This document shows, piece after piece, positions 1-11,506 of a DNA stretch of 64,000 nt. A program made the position numbers and the translations under genes. The notes beneath the pieces are model-generated. The model saw only the letters and a list, made by a program, of their open reading frames with translations, ran no database searches and was not told the DNA's origin. This DNA is from Camelus ferus. Lineage: Eukaryota. The stretch's first letter is position 1, and every line of letters begins with the position of its first letter. The DNA lies in the NCBI RefSeq assembly GCF_009834535.1, contig NC_045696.1, forward strand, positions 108,564,001-108,628,000, read 5' to 3'.

Positions 1-3000
1 TGTGCAAGTGCCTAGAAGCCAGTCCGGAAACTCAGGATGGAAACAGAGCTGAAAGACTGGATCTGGAGATGTGGATGTGGAAGACACATGAATGGGAGTT
101 GAAGCTGTGGATGTGAAGGGCTGAGGACTCAGTTCCTTAGATTAAAGCTACAGGAAAGGCTCTAAAAAGTTTGCTCTGCCTGCTTCTTAGGGCCAAGACC
201 GGAGCAATGGGCGGTTGTCTTTTTCTATAAAAAATTGGAGGTGCTGGGTGCTCAGCCAGGGATAGAGGATGAATCCAAGAGCGGGAGCCCCAGGGTGGAG
301 GAAAAGCACTGAGTCTGAGGAAGACTGTTCTTCCACCTTCTGTTTGGGGTTTTCACCACACTTTAAAATTTGTTCTTAAAACCGCAGCTACTGTCTACCA
401 CGTGTCTCCAGAAGAAGGCAAGTGGGCCACAGGCTCCTTGCTATTGAGGAAGATATTTCAGGAGAAGAAGTTTAGTATCTCCCTGCTTCCTGGGTATCAA
501 TTGACCAGAACAGGCAGGTCCTTCCAGTCAAGGCCCACTGTTTCTGGGCAACTGGCACCCTGCCAGGAAGCTGAGGACAACAGTGAAGGAGCCGGGGACT
601 CATAGAGTTAACCTAGTTTTTAGAGACTCTGGCTTGGAGCCAGCAGCCGACACACGGGTGAATCTAGCTCATTAAATTTATTTGACATTTAATAAGCACC
701 CACTGAACACTCAGCCACCTTTTGCACCTGGGGGCCTCTCCTCCTCTTCCCACAGGCCCTCATTTACTCCTGCTCAGTGACTAACGCTGCTGTTACCTCC
801 AGGAGAAGCAGCCAAAATTTCCCCGGTCTGTCCCCCTCGTCCCGGCACACCTGTCCTTCACCCTGGTGTCCAAGGTGATTTCCAATGGACAGGATGCTGT
901 GTCCTCTGCAGTTCAAAAACATCCCTGCTACACAGAGTCAAGAAAGCCGGGTGTGGAATCTCGGACCTAGATGTGTTTCTGGGTCGCATCAAGTCCAATC
1001 TCCTCCCTAAAGCAGGAATCCTCTGTACAGCATCCTTCACTGACAGCTGTCTCTGCAAGAGCAGAGGGCTCACCTCCCTCCCCACAAGCAGCCAGACTCT
1101 GTGTTGACAGTTCCAGTTTTGGGGGGCAGTGTTCTCGCACTGAATCAAAGTCTGCCTCCTTTGATCTTTCACTGACAGTTCCATTTAACCTCACAAACGC
1201 AGCAACTGCATGATGGTGTCACGCCTAATGGTGACCCCCAGGTCCCTGCCTGCATTTCTCTGGCACCAAACTGGCTGGTATCTCTGGGGTAGCAGGTCAG
1301 GACTTGGCACCCTCCATAGGCAGGCTGCCTTGCTGACAAAGTCCTTCTTGACGGGGGGACCCCAAGAGCCAAGAACATCCCTCTAGACGTGTTCTTACCA
1401 GCACAGAGGACAGCACGTCTATGTATTACCTCCTCTGATCTGAACTTTCATTGCGACCACAAAGGCAGACAGGCCTGAATTTAAAACTTTGATTCTTGCA
1501 AATCACTAATTCCAAGACTCTGAACAAACAGGTTACTTGGCCTCTTTGAGGCTCTGTTTCCTCATACGCAAAATCTACTTTATTGGACAGTTACGAGGAT
1601 TAAATTAGTTACCTTAAAGTGACTGTGCTTAACATAGTAACTGCTCAAAACTGGAGGATTTTAGTAGTATTATTCTGCATCAGTAAGAGTGCATAGCTTT
1701 TTAATCAGCTATTTATACACTCTTGTTAAGCATGTGATACCTAATGTAAATACCTAAACTCTTTCCAATAAAGATAGCAAGTCAGGTCTCCAACTTTTCA
1801 TTCTGCTTTATTCTTGTTTGAACCTCAACACTAGATTCCAGATTTATCCCTCTAACATTTTGTCTCGCAGATTTCAAATTAGCATTCAAGGCTGTGGTAC
1901 CGCTCTGAATTTCGATTCTGTCTTCTGTGGTGTTACTTCTGCTACCCAACTGTTACCTCCAAACTCGATAAGCATTCCTCGGCTTGCACCTGACTCATGA
2001 ATTTAAAAAACAATCAAACAAACAAAGAGATTGAATTGGACAAGGATTGAAATAAAACGGGGGACTTCCTTCCTGGCTGACAGAGTCACTAACCCACTTT
2101 CTGCGGCTGTGAAGGCAAGCTCTGTACCCACTGCACAACGCTCTCCCGTAGGAGAGCATCAAATAGTTTTGCCAAAATAAAAATGCACTACATACGCAAT
2201 TCCTGGCTAATTTCCTAAATTCATAACCCTAGGAAATGAGATGAGGTCCCCAGAACTTTTTTTAATAATCCTATGTTCATTCTCAGGGATCACTGAATTC
2301 AGTTTTAAATGCCCAGAATCCATCTTCCTCCAGTCTCCTCAAGCTTTTGGCCGGGATCAAGCTCATACTCCCGTTCTGTGGTCCCTGTGTCCTGTCCTCT
2401 TGTCCTGTGTGAAAATTAGAGTGTTTTCCAGTCTTAGGGTCTTCGGAGACATAGCCCATTTGTTTTTGCTTTTCTCAAAGCTTAACAAAAGCGACTCTGC
2501 GATTATAGTTGCAGTTGCCTGTGACATGGAGATGATGCTGTTAGGGTCACTTTCTGAAAGCCCTTGGCCCCTCACCAAGCCCTTACCTTCTTCTCTCCCC
2601 GCCCCTGCCTACTCCATCCATCTCAGAAATCAGTGCAGTGTCCACCACCATCAAGGGAGTAGTTATTCAAGCCCCATAAGTACCTGGTAACATTTCCCAA
2701 ATGGAGAATCAACTGGAACTTTACTAGAGATAGATTCCCCAGCCTACCCTCAGCCACCTGGATCATCCCATCCACGCAATTTTTAGTCAGCCAGCTCCTT
2801 CTGAAAACTGGTCCGTGGAACCCATGAGAACACACCGTCTGTCTACCTCTTATGGGGCCCGGGAGACCCCCGCCCCCAACCCACCCTCCCATGAACATGG
2901 ACCACAGACTCCCAGGCGCTTCATCCCAGCATCCAGCACCATGTGCACACAGTATCTCTTCCCAGATTGCCTTCCCTCCAGTTTCTGTCACCCAAATCCA

Positions 3001-6000
3001 AGTCCCCCTTTACAAGTCGGTTCTCTGTGCTCCAGGTGCAGAGGGGGGATGTAAGCCAGTGCCCTAGAGGGCCCTTGGTATTCTCAAACTGACCTGATCT
3101 GCCAAGTCTCGATGGGCTAGAGAAAGTATTATGTTTACCAACATTTCTGTTATGTCTCCTTCAGCCTTTGCATCAGCTTGAAAGGAGGGTCTGGGAGGGC
3201 AGGGGTTGCCAACCTCTGTACAGTGCCCTGAGAGCCCTGCCTGCGGGGAAGAGAGTCAGGGGCCCCTTGGATACTGATATGTGAGGCTGGGGAGCTGCTG
3301 CAGCTTCTCTGTTACTCCCAGGGCAGGAAGTGCTTGGTTCTCCAGGTTACTGCCCACATCCCACAGTGAGGAGCATGCCTGTGAATGGCCCAGAAATGCT
3401 TATACGCACACATTCAGATCCAGGCATTATCCGCCTTTCTGCCTCCTGCACTGCGACCCAGAGGGGGACCAACAAACCACCAACCGGAACTCCTGGGGTT
3501 AGTCCTCAGCCCATTTTTGACTTGCTTCTGGCCTTCAGGCATGGGCCTCTGAGATAGGGAAAGGCCCTGGGCTCTGCAGGCAGGTGTAGAGAGGGTGCAG
3601 TCCACCTCTGCTACCCATGAGCCACGAGATCTGGCAAAGTCATTTCATCTCCCAAGATCAATGCCCACCCCCTAGAGGGTGTGTCAGGGCTGAAGGAGTT
3701 GAGATGAGCTACCAGAATAAAGTTCCCAACGCATGTCGCAGAAAAGGCTTTCCAGAACAAATTATTCCTACCCTCCCCAGTCTCGGGCCAGGCCCATCTT
3801 CCATCAGAGCCTTGGGTTTCCTCTTTTGCGATACATGTGCCATGTCCTTTGACTGCAATTCTCCAACAATAATAGCTTTAGTCAGAGGGACAGATGTCCA
3901 CAGGAGAAGATGTACTAGTGCGATTCAATGCACAGGACTATGAGTTTAGAGAACCTGGATGCAAAGAGGAACCAGGGTTTCAGGGACTGGAGAAAAAGAG
4001 CATGCATGTGAATAGAAGGAAAAAGCATTTATAAAAGAACTGAATTAAAAAGAAGACAGACTTCTAAGGCAGCTGAGGGAGTGAACTCTGATCTGTGAAG
4101 AACTCTGTGTCCCCAAGTCCCTGGGGGTGGAGACCACACAGCTTGTCAACACTGTGTAATCAGATGTCCTACTGGTTGCAGCAAGGCCATTACTACTGTA
4201 GACTGAGTGTTGGTTTCCCTGTGGACCCTGGGAACCAGGGAAGCTTCCTCCTGGTGGCCTTAGAGAGGACAGTCCCCTAGAAGGGGGCTGTGAGCGCTTT
4301 GGAAGTATGTATGTGGGTGCCGCGTGGTGGCCCAGCAAAGCCGGCCCCTCCAGAGCAGGAGAGTGGTCAGATCTCAGGTTGAAGGGGCCCGAAAGGCAGC
4401 AAGTTGCACCCTGACCTGATGCTCAGGGACTCTCTGTACCCCAACGAAGGGGTCATGACAAGGCTGCCTTTGAAAAGGGGAGCTCCCTCCGAGGGCACCC
4501 CACTCTCACCTTTGCGCATCTCTAGTCTTTAAGACGGTATCCCTCCTTCTGAACCCCATTTTGTGTCCTCGCCTTTCAGGTCGACAAGATCATCTTTAAA
4601 AGTTTCATCCAAAGAGTTCAGAGGACACCAAATCTGAAATAGACTTTTAGTGACTCTCAATATGGCCGGAGGTCAGCCCAGAGCAGGGACGCAGGGCAAC
4701 AGAGAAGGCCCTCCAGGTCATTCTGATGCACCCTGGAGGGGGCACCGTCCCTTGAGAATCATAACTAAATCCCAGTCTCTGTTTTCCAGCTGGGGAAGCT
4801 AAGGGCCTGCCTAGAAGGGCAAATGCACAAGTTAGTGTAAGTAAAAACATCTGCAGATTTTGCAGTGAGGTGCAGAGTCAGGACAGAGGAAAAGAGAGAG
4901 AACAGTTTAAGGTGTTTCCTCTAAAACCAGGGAGGTCTGCTTAAAACGGAGGCCAGGGTGGCCTGCTGTCAGGGAAGAAAGGGAGGTAAATGGGACTCTG
5001 AGTGTCGCAGGAGCTGTGCCTGTAGCCTTAGAAAGGGGCGGCTCTCGCAACGCCCCCCTCCACTTTGTGCTGATGACTATGGGGGCTGCCTGGACCACCT
5101 TGGGAGAGTCCCAGTGCCTCAGCCGGTGCCGAGCCCACAGCGGCTTCCCAGCCATGACCACAGAACAGCAGCGCAGCTGCCAGGGGCTTGGTCCTCTACA
5201 GACCCTTGGCAGGTTCTTGGTCTTGGACTGAAAATCCCCGGAGGAACAAAGCCATACCTATAGAGTGGCCAGGGTGCAGCCCAGCCCCCACTGGCCTTGG
5301 CCAGGCAAGAACACGGGCTCCTTGGCCGTGAAGCTGCCATGAGAGGTCGGGCATCACTCCCCACCTTAGGTAACCTCGGGTGAGAACTTTTGTCTTGGAG
5401 CCCGTTTCTGCTCCCACAACCGCCGAGTGATGGCGTGCTTAGGTTTCCATGCTCACCGCCCAGTGAACGGGAAGAGGGGGCTGGTCCTGCCACAGCAGGA
5501 TGGAGGTGACACACGGCTCACGGAGGCAGCCTGTGACAGAGAGGGCGCAGCACCAAGGGCGGGGGCAGGTTTCTGAGGGTGTCTGCAGAATTCACAAGGA
5601 GTTATTTGGAAACAGAACATGTCTGCTGTCAGGACCTCAGCGTTCTGCTTTCTGGAGGCAGGAGGTGGCCCGGCTGACCGAGGGGGACCTTTTCAGATCC
5701 TGCCGTGTTGTAATTACACAGCTAAAAGAATAATTCTGACACAGGACTTTACGTCGTACGTGGGTTGGGGGGGAATCGTAGTTCTAAAAATATTATATAT
5801 ACGTTTTCAGAAGAAGAGAGGAATAGATAATGAGTGAGAAGAACTTTTAAAGGTATTGCTCGAAAGAGAATACTTGGGAGATAGCCCAACACTTTGGCCT
5901 CTTGGGCTCCGCTATCTTTTTTAATTCCCTACATTCGTGTTCTCTGGCTTATCTGTGAATTTAGTTAACACACATTCCCCAGCCGCTCCATTGGATAAGA

Positions 6001-6350
6001 TAAGGCAGAAGATGTTAATAGAGAGCCCTCCATCTTTTCCCACTGAGTCTGATTTCAGGATTCATTGACTTGCTAAACCCAATCTTTCCCCTGCAGTCCG
6101 TGTCCCACTTGGGCTTATCAGTGCAGAAGATAATCTACCTGCTGGGCATCCACTGAGCGCCCACGAAGGGCGGACACAGATAGGGTGGGCAGCCTTGGGC
6201 CCTGGGGACCCAGCCACTGGGCACTGGGGGTGGGAAGAGGGCCGGCAGTTGGGACCGGCCGGTCTGGCTCTAAGGAGCGCTCCAAGCACTCAGCCGCTTG
6301 ACTCAGTGGTTCTCCGGGGCTCAGGCAGTGGGTGTCTGCTTTCTACTCAC

Positions 6351-6415
6351 CTCGGCCTGTGCTGTAATGCTGGAGTTTATCGCTGTACACAGCTTCCTTG
6401 CTGTAAGCCCGTTTC
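6351..6415 (-). CDS. EPHB1: EPHB1 juxtamembrane exon (probable exon 9, 65 bp): (R)KRAYSKEAVYSDKLQHYSTGR(G)
   Basis: Minus strand reads cccttgtatccacag|GAAACGGGCTTAC...ACAGGCCGAG|gtgagt. Phase 2-1 fits the previous exon. Its reading frame is not in the ORF track; found by manual translation. Confidence 0.96.
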
Positions 6416-7301
6416 CTGTGGATACAAGGGGCAGAAGCTCTCTCAGCCGGGGTGCACCCCACCACTCTGCGCCCGGGACCTCCACCCGGGCCTCCAGTCC
6501 TGACAGGGGCTCAGCCGGACATCTCTTAGCATTGGGAACTGCAACTCTCACTTTAAGTGGAGCTCCTGTTGCGGCCAGCGTTCTGGCTCAACCACCACTG
6601 TGGGCAGCTAGGTCTGTTTTCAAGTCAAGGTCTTTCAGAGGCTGGCAGGGCAGGGGGTTCTCCACCAGCGCTTGGTGCAGAGGCTCTGGAGGATGCCTAC
6701 CAGCACTCTGGCCGCACTGCGGAGCTGCAGGTCCGGCTACAGGGCTGTGCGCAGCAGAATCCGTGCTAACCGCCCAAGGCGGCAGCAACAGTATTAAAAA
6801 TTCACAAGGCCTTTGCACCGGCCCTGCTGCAGAACTTGCAGCTTGTCTTTTCCTCCTCGGCTCCACTCCTGCCCACCTGCCACTTTCCCTGTGCCAAAGG
6901 TCCTGTCTCTCCAGCCAGAGGATGGGCTACGGCACAGGGTGTGATACTCCAATGGGTCAAACACAATTTTATAACTGTCACTCCAAAAAAACCGCCCTGT
7001 GTGAGCAGGGGCTAAACGTCTTGGCTAAAATGAGGTTTGAGGACAAATGCTATTTACTCAGAGCTTTGCCTGGCTCTTACAGAGGATTTTATCCCAGGCA
7101 CAGAGAAAATAAACAATCTGGAGAATTCTAGGCTGCCTGTGGATGGAGATGGGGGTGATGATTGGGGTGATTTTGATGACACCATCAGGTGTGTCCCTGA
7201 ATGGTCAGGCCCTGTCTTGTCTGCATGACCGGGGAAGGGCCCACAAGTGGGGGCTTCCTGGGTCTGAGGCGAGCAGGCAGGAGCCGGGGTGGAGGTCCTA
7301 C

Positions 7302-7410
7302 CTGCTACAGACGATGGAGATGGCCACCAAGGACACCACGAACACCACCCCGGCCGCCGCCGAGCCAGCGATCAGGGGCAGCTGCTCCCGCAGCTCAGAC
7401 TTGTAATCGT
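7302..7410 (-). CDS. EPHB1: EPHB1 transmembrane exon (probable exon 8, 109 bp): (D)DYKSELREQLPLIAGSAAAGVVFVVSLVAISIVCS(R)
   Basis: Within ORF 7298..7501. Acceptor ttttttttctcacctag, donor gtagga. Hydrophobic TM helix matches EphB1 as recalled. Confidence 0.97.
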
Positions 7411-8358
7411 CTAGGTGAGAAAAAAAAGGCATTAGAACCTTTCTGTATGCCCTGTGCATAGGGCTGGTACTCAGTGATGACACCAAACACATCAGATACA
7501 TAGACAGACGGATAGCCAGAGAAATAGATAGTTAGGGAGTTTCTGCGCTTCAGAGTAAGACTGACTCAAACAAAGGATACATCATTAAGTCACAAATAAA
7601 GACAACCAAAACCAAATGACAATGACAACACTAAAAGCAAAACAGCAATTACAGAAGATCTCAGGACATGGAGCTGATGACGTTTGTCCCAGAGCAGAGG
7701 TGACCCAGGTCTCCACGCCCTGATTCAGAAGGTCTCTCAAAGGTTTGAGCCATGCCAAGGACACGTCTAATGGCAGGGAAGGAAACCCTTGTTGAAGGAC
7801 CTTCTCAAACCGAACGTTGCTGACATGCACTGGAGTAAACAGAGTCACCGAGCAGACCCCTCAGAGCATCTGCAGCCAGCCAGCACTGCACCAGGAGCTG
7901 CGGAGGGGGAAGGAACACCCAGAGACGGCCCCGCAGTCTCCACCTCAGACTCTAGAAGAATAGGATCCAGGCTTTTCTCCAGTGTTGGAACCAGGCTGTA
8001 TTACACAGGGGAGTGGGTGCCGGTGGGTCACAGAGACGGACAGAGCTCACCCAAACCCTGGCTCTCCCCGCGGGGAAGCCTGTGATCTTGGACAAAGCTT
8101 TCAGTCCCTCTGACTCTCAGACTCCTTCTCTGTTAAAATACATGTTTTAATCAAATCATGTGACACCTATTTCACAGTGTCTGACCTAGCACAGATGTCC
8201 CGAACACTAATTCTCTTCCTTAATCTACATAAACCACTCTGCCCAGTGGCCTGTTAGTATCCTTGTGGTTACTCACACCCAGGGGAGTCAAGGAGTCAGT
8301 ATCTAATGTTCAGGACTGGGACGTATGCAAGCCAAGCTATGTATGTTCTGTTACAAGT

Positions 8359-8486
8359 AGGGTTGCCAGATATAGCAAAGAAAAATACAGAATAGAAGTA
8401 TCTGGGATACTTACACTAAAGCAGTATTTGCTGTTTACCTGAAATTCACATTTAACTGGCCATCCTGTGTTTTATCTGGCCACCCT
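8359..8486. mobile_element. MER53-like hAT MITE, internally deleted
   Basis: Terminal inverted repeats agggttgccagat (8359-8371) and atctggccaccct (8474-8486), 1 mismatch; internal sequence resembles MER53 as recalled. Confidence 0.75.
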
Positions 8487-8529
8487 CATGACAGTTCCTC
8501 TAGAAGTGAGGCTCCCTGTGCCTGAGCCT

Positions 8530-8636
8530 GACTGTAGGACCCATTCCTGCTCAAATCTGCTGAATCTAGAACCTCCGTGTGTTTACCAAGCACTCTGGGT
8601 GGTTCTTATGTGCCCCAGTGTTTGGGAACCATGCTT
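8530..8636. mobile_element. MER5-like hAT-Charlie fragment
   Basis: tgctgaatctagaa...gtttaccaagcactctgggtggttcttatg...gtttgggaacca resembles a MER5A end. Confidence 0.5.
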
Positions 8637-9944
8637 CAACGCTGTGGGTGGAGGAGGAGACTTCTAAAGACAAGGATGTTGTTCTTCAAGCCTCCCAGTC
8701 TCTAGAAATCAATTTTAAAGACTAAAGGTAGAGTTTCAGTTTCCCTCTGCTGAGAGCTTTTTGTAACACGTGTGCTTAAAAAATTAATTTGGAAGAGAAA
8801 AAAAAGAAACGGAAGTGAGGAGTCCAAATAGATTAAAAACTTCCTAAGCCATGTGACCTTCAGGCTTTCAAACTGATTTTTAAAGAGCCAGAGGCTTCGA
8901 GAGCCAACATCGTCGAGTTTAGAAGTCTCCTTCTCCACCCATAGAGTTGAAGGATGGTTCTCCACCATCGGAACGCGTAAGAACCACCTGGAGTGCTTAG
9001 AAAACATGGTAAACCGTGGTAAACCTTGGTAAGCCCTGCTGTATAAATGGCTTAAAAAAAATTAGGCGGCCAAGTCAAAGGTAAGCAGGCTGTAGCTGAG
9101 AGCAGCCCAGGGACCACAGCAGCTCTGGTCCATGTGGAGGTCACCTGCCCAAAGCGTGGTCACTGACCCTGGGTGGGACCCACAGGTCCCCCCACCCCAG
9201 TGACCCTATCACTGACCAACCTTCAGACTCACCTTTGTGCTGCAGAGAGACCAGAAGCCTCGGTGAATATAATTACTACTGATGTGGGAACCTCAGTCAT
9301 GAAGACAAACACTCTAGAATTTGGCCACTTACCAGAACTCTCTCACATCCGGCCCCTCTTGGGTTTACAAAACTTAACTGCCAAATGTAAAAGGAATAGC
9401 CTTCTTGGGAGAAATTTGTTACTTCTTGATTTGTCTAGCAGAATTGCCAAGAGACCAGTGCTCAGAGCATGCTGAGTTTTGGGCTTTTAATCCTGTGTGT
9501 TTCCTGATGTCAAAGTGCCCATAAATCTAGAAGGTAAGCGAGGTGCTAAGAGGGTGACAGAGTCTTTACGGAACAGAAGACAGCCTGTGTTCGCTTCCTA
9601 CCAGCTGCCTTATTAATCTGAGTCAACTGGTTCACCTTTCTACCCTAGCTCACCGCCTCAAAATACGAGCAAAACCGCCCCTAAGTAAACTCAGCACCAG
9701 TTGCAAACTCTAATTCTAGAGGCCAGACAGCTCACATCAAAGCATCCAGGCTCAGACCCCTGGGTAAGCCCTGCACGGGGCAGCAAGCCCCCAGCTCAGA
9801 GCCCAGTCCTCACACCAGAACACCCAACAGCCCTGGCTCCTCTTACAATTTTTCACAACGAAATGGATATCACAATTTTGACATGAAATCATCTGATTTT
9901 CCAATCTTTCTGGTGAATTTTTAAATTGTTTAAATATATGAGTC

Positions 9945-10200
9945 AGGAAGGGATAAATTGGGACTTCGAGATTTGCAGATACTAACAACTATATGTAAAA
10001 TAAATAAATGACAAGTTTCTGCTGTACAGCACAGGGAACTCTATTCAATATCTTGTAGTAACCTATAATGAAAAAGAATAAGAAAACAAATATATGTACA
10101 TATATGGATGACTGAACCATCATGCTGTACACCAGAAATTGACATGGCATTGTAAACTGACTATACTTCAATTATATATACATATGTATATAAAATATAA
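9945..10200 (+). mobile_element. 5'-truncated LINE-1 3' UTR (cetartiodactyl type)
   Basis: gggataaattgggacttcgagatttgcagatac...ctgtacagcacagggaactctattcaatatcttgta...tgtaaactgactatacttcaat plus AT/A tail; homologous to the L1 ends at about 26.7 kb and 34.7 kb. Confidence 0.85.
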
Positions 10201-10983
10201 ATCAATATAAAACCTCCAGCCCTATCAAGTTACATTGGAGAGCACTGGCCTAAAATAAAATGTTTTATAAAGGCAGCTGGTTTTCTATATGATTTAAGTA
10301 ATAAAGGAAAAACTAAAGGCTTTCAACTGGGAAGCTGGAAACAGACTGACATTTGGGAAATGATCAGAAATAAGTCATCAATGAAGAAATAAATATGGAG
10401 AAACAGGTAAATAGACAGTAGGATAGATATATGAACATACACTCTGTGGTCAGTGGCTAACAGAGACAGACACCCACACGCAATGCTGAGGGAAGTCAGA
10501 TTTTCATAACAACTAAAGGGGGTGGTCTCAGAGGACTGGGGAGATTGTTATAACAGGAAACTAATAAACCCCAAAGGTGGAAGCATTTTTGGTGACAGAC
10601 TGTCTGGCCTTGGGGATCATTTGGAAAACAGTGGCCATCTCTCTGGCTACAATGAAGCAGGGCCTTCTGGGGGTCACCCCAGTGAAGCTGCTTTCAAATA
10701 TTCCGAGATGCGTGAGACAGCCACTCCCCAAATTGTGTCTCTCTGCTTTCTTCCTGGCAACCTTGGCTCGTGCAGTGAGGCTGTGCGCTCAGCTCCCAGC
10801 CCCGAGAGCAGAGGCGTGAAGTGGGAGTGAGGGTGAAACCACAGAGGCACCAACAGAGGCATATTCTTCAGTTATGTGTGGGTCTCACTGCTGTGCGAAC
10901 GCAGGTCCACACGTGGGGACCTCTCTGCGCGTGTGTGTTGCAGACAGCCTTTCCAGCGACCCCATGAGGATGTTGAGAAATGG

Positions 10984-11121
10984 TAGAAGAGGGTATAGCT
11001 CAGTGGTAGAGCACGTGCTTAACATGCACAAGGTCCTGGGTTCAATCCCCAGTACCTCCATTAGAATAAAAAAAACTTAATAATAAATAAATAGACCTAA
11101 TTACTGTCCCCCACAAATAAA
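10984..11121 (+). mobile_element. tRNA-Ala-derived SINE (camelid Vic-1-like)
   Basis: A box tagctcagtggtagagc, B box ggttcaatcc, tail aataaataa..cctaattac..ccccc; TSD gatgttgagaaa(t/c)gg at 10969-10983 and 11122-11136. Confidence 0.9.
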
Positions 11122-11343
11122 GATGTTGAGAAACGGGCCAGACTTCAGACAGACATCCTGCCCAGTGAGTTAAGCAAATCTACAGGGCCCTATTGAGGAT
11201 GAACCCTTCTGAGAGAACTCCACAGGAATCTAGTTAGAGGCTAGCATTTTCGCTGTGAGCACAGCTTCTTAGGTGCTGCTTCTCCTCCCCAAATGCTTGC
11301 CCCATGCCCAGGTCACCGGGCTTCCCAGGTCCCGGCCCCTTAC

Positions 11344-11506
11344 CGTCTGTCAGCGTCTGGAAGCACATCTTGCCGCTGAATTTGCCGTAGCCGGCCACGG
11401 TGCGGGCGCGCACCTGCACCACGTATACGATGCCTGGCCGCAGCCCGTCAATCCGCGCGGTGTTGGTTTGGCTCCGCGACGTGGAGGAGTTGAATTCATT
11501 GTGTTC
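11344..11506 (-). CDS. EPHB1: EPHB1 FN3-2 C-terminal exon (probable exon 7, 163 bp): EHNEFNSSTSRSQTNTARIDGLRPGIVYVVQVRARTVAGYGKFSGKMCFQTLTD
   Basis: Within ORF 11234..11512. Acceptor ttgttcttttgcag, donor gtaagg, phase 0-1. Contains the Eph FN3 motif YVVQVRARTVAGYG. Confidence 0.97.

Noticed and set aside
6298..7131. Longest ORF in the track (277 aa, + strand), antisense to the juxtamembrane exon
   Set aside because: Non-ATG start, GC-rich low-information translation, no recognisable domain; likely chance.
9001..9040. 10-bp periodic repeat (aaaccNtggt x3-4)
   Set aside because: Short decayed tandem duplication with no spacers; not CRISPR-like and not informative.
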